NCBI GenBank assembly: GCA_044376115.1
Contig: JBILLK010000038.1
Coordinates: forward strand, 1-64,000
From: Polyangiaceae bacterium
Lineage (GTDB): Bacteria > Myxococcota_A > Polyangia > Polyangiales > Polyangiaceae
Direction of reading: 5' to 3'
Length of the DNA: 64,000 nucleotides
Position numbers and translations under genes: made by a program. Position 1 is the stretch's first letter. Each line of letters opens with the position of its first letter. The notes under the pieces are model-generated. The model had not been told where the DNA came from. It did not search any database and saw only the letters and a list, made by a program, of their open reading frames with translations. Of the stretch, positions 38,498 through 48,665 are shown one piece after another.

Positions 38498-39913
38498 ATG
38501 GGCCATCGACCGGATCAGCTCGTAGCGCGCCGCGGGCGGCGACGCTTCTTGATGGGCGGCGCAGCCGCACTTGCCTTGCCCTTTTTGGAATCCCTCAGGC
38601 AACCGAAGCCTGGCTTCGCCTGGACGCCGCAGGCCGGGATGCCGCGCAGGCTCGTGTCCTTCTTCCACGGCCACGGCTTCATCATGGAGGAGTTCGTGCC
38701 GGGCCCGAACATGAGCTTGGGCGCCATCCTGCAACCGATCGCCGACGCAGGGCTGGTGAACAAGTCGCTGGTGGTCACCGGCATCAACATGAAGGTCGCG
38801 AGTGGCCACGCTGGGACGCCCTCGCTCTTTACCTGCACGCCCTTGGTGGCCGACCAATACGGCATCACGCACGGCACGACGCCTTCGGTCGACCACGTGA
38901 TCGCGCGGCACATGCAAGACGGCGGGCTGGCCCGTCGCCTGGACCTCGGCGTGTCGATGAACAGCACCAATCCCGACTCCAACGGCCTGACCGATGAGCA
39001 TGAGCGCGTCTTTTGGTCCGGGGACGACGAGCTGATCCCGTCGATCATCAAGCCGCAGCTCGCCTTCGACACGGTGTTTCCGAATGGCCCGCCGACCGGC
39101 ACCGATCCGCCCCCCAGCGTGGACTACCTCACCATCCGGCGCCGCAGCGTGCTCGACGGCGTGCTCGAGGACTTCAACCGACTCGAGGGGCGCGTCTCCG
39201 CAGCCGATCGCATTCGGTTGGAGGCGCACGCCGAGCGAATCCGTGAGGTCGAGCAATCGCTCGGTGGCGGCACCGGTCCGGTGCCGGTGGGTTGTACCGA
39301 TGGGCTCCGTGTGCCGCTCAATGGCTTGGATCACCGCGGCGTCGCCGAGGCGCAGATCGATATTCTGGCGCACGCGATCGCTTGCAACATCTTCGACGTT
39401 GGCAGCTTCCGCGTGCACGATCTCGAAGAGAACGCGTGGAGCCACGTAAGCCACCCCAACCTCGCCGAGACCTTCGCCGGGGAGAACTACCACGGCGCTT
39501 GGCACCGCGCCTCCGACCAAGGCCTGAGCACCGCGCGCGCCGCCTTCACGGCGATCAACGCCTGGTACGGCACGCTGTTCGCGCGGCTGCTGCAAAAGCT
39601 CGATCAAATCGATGAAGGGGAAGGCACCGCGCTCGACAACACGATGGTGCTGTGGGCCTGCGACTTCGGCCACGGCGGCGGTCACTCGTCCGACAACCTT
39701 GGCATCGTGATCGCCGGCAACGCAGGCGGCGCCGAACTAGGCCGTCACGTGAACTACGCAAGCGATCCCATCAGTGCCTACGGCGCGCCATCGCAGCCCG
39801 GGAACCACAACCTCGCCGTCACCATGACGAACGCGTTCGGCATCCCCGGCGACACCTTCGGCGACTACACCAATGTGATCCAGCCCGTCGAGGCCGGCCC
39901 ACTCGCGTTGTAG
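38498..39913 (+). CDS. DUF1552-domain protein (Tat signal)
   Basis: RRRFL, LPFLES, PSVD, SVLD, RLEAH...IREVE, LDNT. Confidence 0.88.
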   Translation: MGHRPDQLVARRGRRRFLMGGAAALALPFLESLRQPKPGFAWTPQAGMPRRLVSFFHGHGFIMEEFVPGPNMSLGAILQPIADAGLVNKSLVVTGINMKVASGHAGTPSLFTCTPLVADQYGITHGTTPSVDHVIARHMQDGGLARRLDLGVSMNSTNPDSNGLTDEHERVFWSGDDELIPSIIKPQLAFDTVFPNGPPTGTDPPPSVDYLTIRRRSVLDGVLEDFNRLEGRVSAADRIRLEAHAERIREVEQSLGGGTGPVPVGCTDGLRVPLNGLDHRGVAEAQIDILAHAIACNIFDVGSFRVHDLEENAWSHVSHPNLAETFAGENYHGAWHRASDQGLSTARAAFTAINAWYGTLFARLLQKLDQIDEGEGTALDNTMVLWACDFGHGGGHSSDNLGIVIAGNAGGAELGRHVNYASDPISAYGAPSQPGNHNLAVTMTNAFGIPGDTFGDYTNVIQPVEAGPLAL

Positions 39914-39941
39914 AAGCGGGCTAGGGCGGGCCTGGTCAACA

Positions 39942-40529
39942 TCAGAAGTCACCGTCCTTCACGTACGGGTGGCTCCACAACGTGACCTGCAACAGGCACG
40001 ACTTGACCCACGCCGCGTACATCTTCTCGACGTCCTCGGGCGAGTGCCCCTGCTTCGCCAGAAACGGTCGCAAGGTGAAGGTCACCGGGAAGATCAGAGC
40101 GAACAGGTTGCGGAACGGCACGAGGTCGGTCGAGGGCGCGCTGTCGGTCTTGTTCTTCTTCAGCCGATGATGCCGAAGCCCGATCTCGTGTTGGTAGTCG
40201 AGCCACGTTTGGTCGTAGTCGGCACGCGCCGTATCAAGGATCCATCGGCCGAAGCGCTTGCGTACCGCGCCCAGATAGTCGCCGAGAGGCTGACCGTCGG
40301 TCTTGCCGGTGAACGAGGCCAGCAGGTGAGGTTGACTGCCGACGAAGCCGTACCAGACGTCGAGGATGGCCTCCACTTCGTCCTTCACGATGTCGTGAGA
40401 CTTGCGCAGGAAGTTCACGTCCTCTTCACCGAAGAGCACGCTCGCTTTCATCTGCTCGAAGTCGCTCAAGGTCACGGGGGACTTCGCGACTGCCGAGGTG
40501 CCGTGGGTGTAACCGGGGATGCTGTTCAT
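39942..40529 (-). CDS. Protoglobin
   Basis: IPGYTHG, ILDVWY, WLDYQHEIGLRHH...KNKTD, AAWVKS...LWSHPY. Confidence 0.9.
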   Translation of the reverse strand: MNSIPGYTHGTSAVAKSPVTLSDFEQMKASVLFGEEDVNFLRKSHDIVKDEVEAILDVWYGFVGSQPHLLASFTGKTDGQPLGDYLGAVRKRFGRWILDTARADYDQTWLDYQHEIGLRHHRLKKNKTDSAPSTDLVPFRNLFALIFPVTFTLRPFLAKQGHSPEDVEKMYAAWVKSCLLQVTLWSHPYVKDGDF

Positions 40530-40644
40530 GTTGTTCTCTTCCTGCTCGGAGCAAAGCTCCGCTTGCCGCGAGCCGAGATGGCCGCGGAAAATTCGTTTGC
40601 TGTATCCACCTTCGGTGGACTCTCTTCCTGAGGTCTCGCTGCGC

Positions 40645-41304
40645 TCAGGTCGGGCGCAGGAAGCGCTCCCAAAGCTCGCTGCGAGCCGTCTCGGCTGCGA
40701 GCTCGTGCTCAGCGCAATCGAGCCGCACTTGCTCGTTTGCGAGCGGTGCATCGACGAAGGCGCAGTGATGCGGCGACGGGCCAGTCCGGACGTTGGGCCG
40801 GAAGTGCGTGCACGTCACGCACATACCGCTTAGCGGTACGAGGCCCTGCTCCTGCAGCGTGCGGACCATCTTCACCACGCCCGAGAAGAACGCGCGCTGC
40901 TCCTCCACCGTCAGGTCCCCCAGCGAGGCCGCGAGGAACTCCGGCCAGGAGCGCGCACGTGCGCCGAGCTGCGCGCCCTTCTTCGTCAGCGTGAGCAGGC
41001 TTGCGCGCGGGTGACGCGGATCCGGCGACTTCACGAGCAGCGCCTTCTCGACCAGCACGCGCACCGAGTCGCTGATCGTCGGCAGCGTCACCCCGAGCCG
41101 CTGACTCAGCTCCGAGCCGGTGAGCGGCCCGTGGCTCACGATCGCCGCCAGGATCTGCCCCTGCGTCGCGGACAGCCCCTCCTCGTTCGCCTGCTGCCAG
41201 GCCTGCTGCTTCATCGCCAGTCCGACCTTGTGCAGCCCCGTAGCGATGCGCGACGACAGCGGCTCGGTGTTCTCCTCGAAGTACGGCAAGCGCGTCCGGC
41301 TCAT
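40645..41304 (-). CDS. MarR-family regulator with C-terminal Cys/His cluster
   Basis: GLSATQ, wHTH, DPRHPR; MCVTCTHF...HHC...DCAEH. Confidence 0.9.
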   Translation of the reverse strand: MSRTRLPYFEENTEPLSSRIATGLHKVGLAMKQQAWQQANEEGLSATQGQILAAIVSHGPLTGSELSQRLGVTLPTISDSVRVLVEKALLVKSPDPRHPRASLLTLTKKGAQLGARARSWPEFLAASLGDLTVEEQRAFFSGVVKMVRTLQEQGLVPLSGMCVTCTHFRPNVRTGPSPHHCAFVDAPLANEQVRLDCAEHELAAETARSELWERFLRPT

Positions 41305-41310
41305 GACTAC

Positions 41311-41339
41311 GATCTAACTTAGGAGTCCTAAGCTGTCAA
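41311..41339 (-). promoter_or_regulatory. Sigma-70-like promoter with a perfect 7-1-7 operator in the spacer
   Basis: Minus strand TTGACA-17 bp-TAGATC-6 bp-ATG; CTTAGGA-G-TCCTAAG at 41318-41332. Confidence 0.75.
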
Positions 41340-41409
41340 CGTAGCTTCTTCGCTTTGTCTGCGTACCGGCCCGTATCTCACCGCTCGGGTCGTGAGCTAG
41401 GCTTCGCAG

Positions 41410-43089
41410 GTGCGGTCTTCGAGCAAGCTTCGTCTCCCAATCTTCAACGTCGTCGCCCTGCCCTTCGCCCTGCTCACCGCACTCGGTTGCGCCGATGAGC
41501 GCCTCGATCCCGTCCCGGTCGTCGAGCCCCCGGCGATCCTCGACGAGAACGGTCGCGTCCCCGACCTCCGTTGCCCCGGCACGCCCGGGTGCGAGTCATC
41601 GGCGGGCGAGCTCCGAGCGGGCGTCGCGGTCGAGCCGATCACACCGGTCATCGAGCCGTTCGAGGATCTCGACGGGAGCGGCAAATGGGACGAGGGCGAG
41701 CCGTTCGAGGATCTCGATGGTGACGGCGTTTGGGACGGCGTGTGGATCGCCGGCTTCTCGCTCGGGCGCGCCGCAACCGGCGTACACGACGACGTGTGGG
41801 CTCGCGCGATCGTGCTCGAGAAGGGCGACGTTCGGGTCGGCATGGTCTCGCTCGATCTCGTCGGCTTCTTTCACGACGACGTCGTCGCCGTGCGCCTCGC
41901 AGCCAAGGAGGCCGGGCTCGATCTCGATCACGTGGTGGTCTCGTCGACACACACGCACGAGGGGCCGGACACGATGGGCATCTGGGGACGCGCGATCGGA
42001 GAGAGCGGATACTCGCCCGAGTACGTGCAGGGCGTCGTCATCGCCGGCGCCGTGAAGGCCCTGATCGAAGCCGACGCCTCGCTGCGCCCCGCCAAGCTGC
42101 GCGTCGCCGTCGGCGAGGCCCCCGATCTCGTGAACGACACGCGCCTCCCCGAGGTGATCGATCAAGCCTTCACGCTGCTGCAGTTTCAGGACCCGGCCAC
42201 GAGCGATCCCTTCGCAACGGCGGCCTTCTGGGGCAACCACCCCGAGGCGCTCGGCTCCGACAACACGCTCATCACCTCGGACTTCCCCCACTACCTGCGC
42301 GACGAGCTCGAGGTGCGCTACCCCGGCGCGCCGGCCGTGTTCTTCAACGGCTCACTGGGCGGGCTCTCGACCACGATCGGCGTCCTCGCCTGCCCCGATG
42401 CGAGCGGCGAAGAGACCTGCCCGCAGGGCACCTGGGAGCGCGCCGAACGCATCGGCCGCGGGGCCGCAGCGGCGGCCGCCGACGCCCTCGACGCAAACTC
42501 AGCGACCGTGCTCGAGGGCGACGCCGCCTCGCTCGCCGTGACGCGGCGCTCCTTCCTGCTCACCACCACCAACGGCAGCCTCGCCTTCGCCTTCTGGATC
42601 GGCCTGCTGCCCCGCAACCTCTTCTGGCTCGACACCGGCAAGCAGCTCACCCAAGAGGACGTCGACGTACTCGCGCCGACGACGCTGCTCGAGAACACCA
42701 TCGGGCTCCAATCCGAACTCAACCTCGTCGAGCTCGGCAGCGTCGCGATCGTCACGGTCCCCGGCGAACTCTACCCCGAGCTCTGGCTACAAAAGCCCGA
42801 CGGCGGCAGCTTCATCGAGCGCCCAGAAGGCGGGGACTTCCCCGACGCCGAGCTCGAACTCCAGCTCCAATCCCTGCTCCCGCCCGGCGTCGTCCCCGTC
42901 ATCATCAACAACGGCAACGACTCGCTCGGCTACATCCTCCCCAAGACCCAATGGGACTCCGTCGTGCCCTACGCCTACGGCGAGACCGACGATCCACAAT
43001 ACGGCGAGCAAAACTCCCTCGGCCCCGACACCGCCGGGCGCCTCTCGGAGCAGTTCGAGTCGCTTGTTTCTGGTGCCGACAAGCCGTAG
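41410..43089 (+). CDS. Neutral/alkaline ceramidase-like lipoprotein
   Basis: ALGC lipobox; VHDD.WARA, STHTHEGPD, NHPE, PGE, LGYI; DxDGxG calcium-binding-like repeats. Confidence 0.8.
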   Translation: MRSSSKLRLPIFNVVALPFALLTALGCADERLDPVPVVEPPAILDENGRVPDLRCPGTPGCESSAGELRAGVAVEPITPVIEPFEDLDGSGKWDEGEPFEDLDGDGVWDGVWIAGFSLGRAATGVHDDVWARAIVLEKGDVRVGMVSLDLVGFFHDDVVAVRLAAKEAGLDLDHVVVSSTHTHEGPDTMGIWGRAIGESGYSPEYVQGVVIAGAVKALIEADASLRPAKLRVAVGEAPDLVNDTRLPEVIDQAFTLLQFQDPATSDPFATAAFWGNHPEALGSDNTLITSDFPHYLRDELEVRYPGAPAVFFNGSLGGLSTTIGVLACPDASGEETCPQGTWERAERIGRGAAAAAADALDANSATVLEGDAASLAVTRRSFLLTTTNGSLAFAFWIGLLPRNLFWLDTGKQLTQEDVDVLAPTTLLENTIGLQSELNLVELGSVAIVTVPGELYPELWLQKPDGGSFIERPEGGDFPDAELELQLQSLLPPGVVPVIINNGNDSLGYILPKTQWDSVVPYAYGETDDPQYGEQNSLGPDTAGRLSEQFESLVSGADKP

Positions 43090-43132
43090 ACGCTTCGCGC
43101 GGGCCTCACGGGAAGCCAAGCGCGCGGCCCCC

Positions 43133-43459
43133 TCATCGATTCGGCGCGTCGCCCTCGAGGCTCTCTCGCAAAAACTCAACGTAGAACCGAACTGCGCCCA
43201 GCGGTTCAATGTGGTGCGCCACGCCGGGAAGTACGACCCCGGAACGCCCGGCGGAGAGCACAAGCTCAACACCATGCGCCAGCACGACATAACGAAGTTC
43301 ACCCTCGAGCACGACAATGCTGGCCCACACATCCGGCTTCGTCGTGTGCTCCCGAAGTAGCGCCTTGGGCACCGTATGCTCGGTCCACTCAGCGGTGCGC
43401 TTGTACGGCGTGAGCCCAGCAGGCAGCTCGAGAAACTTTCTTTCGGATTGCACCACCAA
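43133..43459 (-). CDS. DUF1971 (YeaR/TehB N-terminal-like cupin) protein
   Basis: PYKRT.EWT...VPKALL.EH.TK..VW...V.EGEL...H.IEP. Confidence 0.85.
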   Translation of the reverse strand: MVVQSERKFLELPAGLTPYKRTAEWTEHTVPKALLREHTTKPDVWASIVVLEGELRYVVLAHGVELVLSAGRSGVVLPGVAHHIEPLGAVRFYVEFLRESLEGDAPNR

Positions 43460-43581
43460 GGTTTAGCAGAGCCTCTCACGCAGGCGGAATGCACCTGATT
43501 TGCTACGTCAACGGCGAACCAGAGACGATCTTGGCGGACCGTCTGTGTCAGAATGGCCGTGGGTTTTCACGAGAGGTGCTT

Positions 43582-43971
43582 ATGCGTGCGTTGGCCGGTG
43601 GAATGCTACTCGTCGCATCGCTCTCCATTGCCTGCGAGGAGAGTACGACGGATGTGGGCGGTCCGCCCCTGCCCGCGCCGACCTTCGAGTGCGCGGGGGC
43701 TGAGAGCAGCCCCATTCAGTGCACGACGGGCGAGCTCTGCGTCGTCATGAGGTACCACCCCAACGGTGGGTACCACTTCGACGAGGAGCTGAAGTGCACT
43801 GCCATGCCTGCCGAGTGCCTCGACGAGTATGCGGACAACTGGGGATGGTGCGATTGCTTGGCTTACGCAAGCTGCCCCTGGTGCGACTGGGACGGATTCG
43901 CCACGGTTGAAGACTGCACCGATCAGAGCATCGTTGTGGACTGGGAGGAGGAAGCTCTACCGCCAATATGA
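43582..43971 (+). CDS. Small Cys-rich lipoprotein
   Basis: SIAC lipobox; about ten Cys; GAGG before the ATG. Confidence 0.75.
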   Translation: MRALAGGMLLVASLSIACEESTTDVGGPPLPAPTFECAGAESSPIQCTTGELCVVMRYHPNGGYHFDEELKCTAMPAECLDEYADNWGWCDCLAYASCPWCDWDGFATVEDCTDQSIVVDWEEEALPPI

Positions 43972-44071
43972 CTCAAACCTCAGGACGAATGATGGTCGTC
44001 GCTGGGACCCCAATCGGACGCCCTCTAGAACGAGAGCGGCGAGAGGCGCGAGCTGCGCGGCCACAGCGCCG

Positions 44072-44174
44072 GAGGATGGGCGGCCCAATTGGACGTTTTG
44101 TTGAATTGCGCCCTCGATCGGCTGGGGATCGGCGGTCGAACTCAACAAAAACGCCAGTTCGCAGGCCGATCCTC
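44072..44174. repeat. Palindromic intergenic element, copy 2
   Basis: 90-bp core 44085-44174 is identical to 45013-45102. Confidence 0.92.
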
Positions 44175-44220
44175 GCCGCGCACCATAGCGCTGGCGGCCG
44201 CGGACACGTAGAGTCCGCCG

Positions 44221-44931
44221 ATGGCCGTCTCCTACTACACGCTCGAGCGCACCACCGTCGTGGACGCGGCGGGCACCCGGCTTGACGAGACGATGTTCAC
44301 GACCTCGCGCGAGCGGCTGGAGCATGCCATCCGCGCCGCCATCGAACGCAGCAGCGGCTACGTCGAAGACAACCTCCGGGTCGCGTGGTGGGTGACGCTG
44401 GAACGAGGCGAGAACGCGCTGGCCGAGCACAGCCCTCCGTGGCTCGCGGTCAGCGATCGCCGCTCGCTCCGGCGCGCCCTCGTCGCCGACGCTACGGTGA
44501 CGCGAGGGGGCCAGACGCTCGCGCTGCACGTGGATCAGCCGGCGCTCGCGTCCGGTCGGCGCAAGGCTGCGTTGCCGTTTTACCTCGGTGACGAGCGCTT
44601 CGCTTCGCTCGAGGCGGTCGGCGCCGCGGCCGCGCTCGACCCGCTGCGCCGCGCCGTTGGCGAGGTGGAGGTGCGCTTCGACTTCACGACCCTGTTCACG
44701 TCGATCCCGTCTCTCGAGCGACCGCCGCTCGAGAGCTCGCTGCGCTTCGTCCCGTTCTTCAAGAGCGAAGACTTCCGCGAGCTGTGGGAGGACGAGGCAG
44801 CCGACGTCGACCTCGGTCCCGTCCGCGGGGACACCTGGGACGGACGCCTCCCGCTCGACACGTGGCTCTCGCTCGAGCCCCTGCACACCCTCTGTCTCGA
44901 TGCCGACGTCACGTTCAAGCTCGCACCGTGA
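44221..44931 (+). CDS. Hypothetical protein flanked by identical repeats
   Basis: 236-aa ORF with GC-rich third positions; no motif recognised. Confidence 0.75.
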   Translation: MAVSYYTLERTTVVDAAGTRLDETMFTTSRERLEHAIRAAIERSSGYVEDNLRVAWWVTLERGENALAEHSPPWLAVSDRRSLRRALVADATVTRGGQTLALHVDQPALASGRRKAALPFYLGDERFASLEAVGAAAALDPLRRAVGEVEVRFDFTTLFTSIPSLERPPLESSLRFVPFFKSEDFRELWEDEAADVDLGPVRGDTWDGRLPLDTWLSLEPLHTLCLDADVTFKLAP

Positions 44932-45001
44932 GGGGCGGCTACGCAGGAGAAACGCGATAGCGCGCCAATGCTGCTGCTTCGCCCGCCGCGGGCCGAATCT
45001 T

Positions 45002-45102
45002 GGATGGGCAGTCCAATTGGACGTTTTGTTGAATTGCGCCCTCGATCGGCTGGGGATCGGCGGTCGAACTCAACAAAAACGCCAGTTCGCAGGCCGATCC
45101 TC
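45002..45102. repeat. Palindromic intergenic element, copy 3
   Basis: Same orientation and identical 90-bp core to copy 2. Confidence 0.92.
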
Positions 45103-45212
45103 CCCGCGCTCGCCAAGGCGAGCGGCTGGTCGCAGCCCCGCCCAACAATCTCCATCCCCTGGCTATTCGACAGTTGACCAACGCTCGGGCTACTCGGAGG
45201 ATCGCGGGCGGC

Positions 45213-48200
45213 GTGAATACCACCCCTTCTCCGAACTTCGCGTATCTGGCGCATCACGATCCTCGGTTGGCGGCGCTGGGGACGCAGGCAGAGCAGCAGT
45301 TTGCGATCGATCCGTCGGTCACGCTGGCGAAGCTGCGGCAGTTTGGAGAGGTATTGGCGAAGCGGGCCGCGGCGAAGGTGGGGCTCTATCAAGCTGGGGA
45401 GAAGCAGCAAGAGCTTGTGGATCGGCTTTACGCGCGCAACTTGATCGGCGCGACGCAGCGGCAGCTGTTTCATGATCTGCGGCGCGCCGGAAACACCGCC
45501 GTCCACGAGGGCGAAGGGGACCACGCTGAGGCGCTGCATCAGCTGAAGATGGCGCGCGAGTTGGGCGTGTGGTTCCAGCGTTCGTTCGGCAATAACCGCC
45601 GTTTTGATCCCGGGCCGTTCATTCCTCCGCAGGAGCCGGCCAAAGTGGAGACGGTGCTTTCGGCTGAGCTCGCTCGCCTCCAGGCCGAGCTCGAGAAGCA
45701 CGCCGCGCAGGCGGCCAACGCGGCGAAGGAGGCCGCGGAGGCGCGCGCGCAGGCGGAAGCGGAGCTGCGGGCTCGCGAGGGTGCGCAGGCGGTTGCGGCC
45801 AAGGCCAAGGAGGAGGTCGCGATCTGGGAAGCGCTGGCCAAGGAAGGCATCGCCACGGCACGCCAACAGGCCGAGCAACAGAGCCAGGAGCTGTTACAAA
45901 CCAACGCCAAGCTGCAAGCGGAGCTGGAGGCCGCGCAGTTGGCGGCCCAAGCAGCGCCCGAGAAGGCCGTGGCCAAGACCATCGCAGCCGCCGCCAAAGC
46001 CAGCGAGGCGATCGATCTCGATGAAGCGGCCACGCGCAGGATCATCGACAGGCAATTGCGTGATGCTGGCTGGGAGGTGGACTCGCAGCGACTGACCTTC
46101 AAGCGCGGGGCGCGCCCTATCAAAGGTCGCAACCTCGCTATTGCAGAATGGCCCACCGCCGCCGAAGGCAAAGACGGCCGCGCCGACTACGTGCTGTTCG
46201 TCGGCCTGATGTGCGTGGGCGTAGTGGAGGCCAAGCGTAAGCACAAAGACGTGAGCAGCGTCATTGACCAGGCCAAGCGCTACAGCGAGGGCTATCTCAC
46301 CCACTTCGACGAGGTGTTGCCCGAGGGCAGCCCGTGGGGCACTCGGCGTATCCCCTTCCTCTTCGCCACCAACGGCCGGCCCTTCCTGCGGCAGTTCATC
46401 GAAAAGAGCGGCATCTGGTTCTTGGACGCGCGCCGCCCGGACAACACGCGGCGTGCGCTCGAGGGCTGGTACACGCCCGATGGCCTGATCGAGCTGCTCA
46501 AGCACGACGTCGACAAGGCCCACGCCGAGCTGGAGGTCGAGCCGATGCCCTACCTCGATCGCGAGTACCAACGCCGCGCGGTGAAAGCGGTGGAGAACGC
46601 CCTCGCCAAAGGCAGCCGCTCGGTGCTGTTAGCGATGGCCACCGGCACCGGCAAAACCATCACCTGCATCGCCTTGTGTTACCGCCTGCTCAAATCCAAG
46701 CGCTTCCGACGCGTACTCTTCCTCGTGGATCGCAGCGCCCTGGGCGAGCAGACGGCCACCGCGCTCAAACATGTACGGCTCGAAGCGCAGCAGCCTTTCA
46801 GCGAGATCTTCAACGTCAAAGAGCTGGCCGACATAAGGCCTGAGCGCGAAACCAAACTGCAGATCGCCACCGTGCAAGCGATGGTACGACGCCTACTCGG
46901 TGGCGATGAAAGCGGCGAGCCGCCGCCTCCGGTGGACGACTACGACTGCATCGTCGTGGACGAATGCCACCGCGGGTACTTGCTTGACCGTGAGCTCTCC
47001 GAACGCGACCTCACCTTCCGCGACGAGGAGGACTACATCTCCAAATATCGCCGCGTGCTCGACCATTTCGACGCGGTGAAGATCGGCCTCACCGCCACCC
47101 CAGCGTTGCACACCCGCGACATCTTCGGCCCGCCGGTCTTTCAATACAGTTATCGCGAGGCCGTGATTGACGGCTACTTGATTGACCACGAGCCGCCTTA
47201 CCGCGTGCTTACCAAGCTATCCAAAGACGGCATTCATATCTCCGCCGGCACCCAGGTTTTAGCGCTCAATCACAGCACGCAAGCCCTGCAGAGCTGGAAC
47301 CTGCCCGACAGAGTGGACTTCGAGGTCGAGGACTTCAACCGCGCGGTGCTGGTGCCTGAATTTAGCCGCGCCGTGATCCAAGGCATCGTCCAAGAGATCG
47401 ATTGGAACGACGAAGGCAAGCTGCTCGTCTTCTGCGTTACCGACGACCACGCCGATCTCGTAGTGCGGCTGTTCAAGGAGGAGCTGCAAGCCGCCAACGT
47501 CCCGGTGGAGGACGATATGGTGGTAAAAATCACCGGCGCCTCCGACAAGCCGCTCGCCCTGCTGCGCCGCTACCGCAATGAACGCTTCAACCCCAAGATC
47601 GCCGTCACCGTGGACTTGCTCACCACCGGCGTCGACGTCCCACGCATCACCACGCTGGTCTTTCTGCGACGCGTGCGGAGCCGCATCCTCTATGAGCAGA
47701 TGCTCGGGCGCGCCACGCGCCTATGCGAGGAGATCGGCAAGACCGTCTTCCGCATCTACGACGCCGTCGACCTGTACAGCAACCTGCAGGAAGTGAGCGA
47801 CATGAAGCCAGTGGTGGTCTCCACTTCGGTCACCTTCGGCCAGCTGGTCAACGAGCTGGATGAGCAGCATCAGCCGAGCGACCGGCTGGTGGCCGCCGCC
47901 GAGTTTCTCGCCAAGTTTCACCGCAAGAAGCGGCTACTCAAGCGCAGCCCCGAGGCGATGGCGCGGTTTTGCGAGCTGGCGGAAATGTCGATGGAGGACT
48001 TTATCGAGGTGATGCGCAGCGATCAGCTCGGCGCCATCAACAAGCTGTGCGGCCGCCCGCTGGCCGAGTTCCTCGACGGCCTGCAGGTAGCGAAAGACAA
48101 CACCATCCTTTTCACCGGCGGAGATGCGCTGCTCGGCGTCTCCACCGGGGGTGAAGCTCCCGCCGATTACCTCAAGAGCTTTGAGAGCTTCTTGCGCGAG

Positions 48201-48662
48201 AACATGAACAAGGTCCCGGCGCTCTTGGTGGTGGCCAAACGCCCACGCGACCTAACCCGCGCCGAGCTGCGCAAGCTCAAGCTAGCGCTGAGTGAAGCCG
48301 GCTTCAGCGAGGCTGGCGTACGGGCCGCGTGGCGGAACGCCAAGAACGAGGACGTCGCCGCCAGCATCATCGGCTTCATCCGCGGACTGGCCCTCGGCTC
48401 CCCCGTCAAGAGCTACAGCGCCCGCGTGGACGGCGCGCTCTTGCGCGTCGCCGAACAGCACAACTTCAAGGACACCCAACGTCGCTGGCTCCAGCGCATC
48501 GGCGACCAAATGAAGGCCGAAACCGTCGTCGACCGCGAAGCCCTCGACTCCGACCAATTCAAACAAGAAGGCGGCTTCCGCCGCATCGACCGCGTGTTCG
48601 AAGGCCAGCTCGAAGCCGTACTCGGGGAGATCGCCGATGAAGTGTGGAAGGATGCGGTCTGA
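45213..48662 (+). CDS. hsdR: Type I restriction enzyme R subunit (EcoKI-like architecture)
   Basis: DUF4145-like N-terminus, coiled coil, ADY...VEAKR nuclease, MATGTGKT, DECHRGY, TATP, QMLGRATR. Confidence 0.95.
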   Translation: MNTTPSPNFAYLAHHDPRLAALGTQAEQQFAIDPSVTLAKLRQFGEVLAKRAAAKVGLYQAGEKQQELVDRLYARNLIGATQRQLFHDLRRAGNTAVHEGEGDHAEALHQLKMARELGVWFQRSFGNNRRFDPGPFIPPQEPAKVETVLSAELARLQAELEKHAAQAANAAKEAAEARAQAEAELRAREGAQAVAAKAKEEVAIWEALAKEGIATARQQAEQQSQELLQTNAKLQAELEAAQLAAQAAPEKAVAKTIAAAAKASEAIDLDEAATRRIIDRQLRDAGWEVDSQRLTFKRGARPIKGRNLAIAEWPTAAEGKDGRADYVLFVGLMCVGVVEAKRKHKDVSSVIDQAKRYSEGYLTHFDEVLPEGSPWGTRRIPFLFATNGRPFLRQFIEKSGIWFLDARRPDNTRRALEGWYTPDGLIELLKHDVDKAHAELEVEPMPYLDREYQRRAVKAVENALAKGSRSVLLAMATGTGKTITCIALCYRLLKSKRFRRVLFLVDRSALGEQTATALKHVRLEAQQPFSEIFNVKELADIRPERETKLQIATVQAMVRRLLGGDESGEPPPPVDDYDCIVVDECHRGYLLDRELSERDLTFRDEEDYISKYRRVLDHFDAVKIGLTATPALHTRDIFGPPVFQYSYREAVIDGYLIDHEPPYRVLTKLSKDGIHISAGTQVLALNHSTQALQSWNLPDRVDFEVEDFNRAVLVPEFSRAVIQGIVQEIDWNDEGKLLVFCVTDDHADLVVRLFKEELQAANVPVEDDMVVKITGASDKPLALLRRYRNERFNPKIAVTVDLLTTGVDVPRITTLVFLRRVRSRILYEQMLGRATRLCEEIGKTVFRIYDAVDLYSNLQEVSDMKPVVVSTSVTFGQLVNELDEQHQPSDRLVAAAEFLAKFHRKKRLLKRSPEAMARFCELAEMSMEDFIEVMRSDQLGAINKLCGRPLAEFLDGLQVAKDNTILFTGGDALLGVSTGGEAPADYLKSFESFLRENMNKVPALLVVAKRPRDLTRAELRKLKLALSEAGFSEAGVRAAWRNAKNEDVAASIIGFIRGLALGSPVKSYSARVDGALLRVAEQHNFKDTQRRWLQRIGDQMKAETVVDREALDSDQFKQEGGFRRIDRVFEGQLEAVLGEIADEVWKDAV

Positions 48663-48665
48663 GCC

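Noticed and set aside
41730..43184. 484-aa Arg-rich ORF and similar long overlapping ORFs (for example 27618-28676, 44580-45878, 8803-9921)
   Set aside because: These are off-frame or antisense shadows of real genes, expected in high-GC DNA.
44072..45102. Integron attC sites
   Set aside because: GTTRRRY-like and RYYYAAC-like words occur in the reverse order to attC on both strands, and no integron integrase is present.
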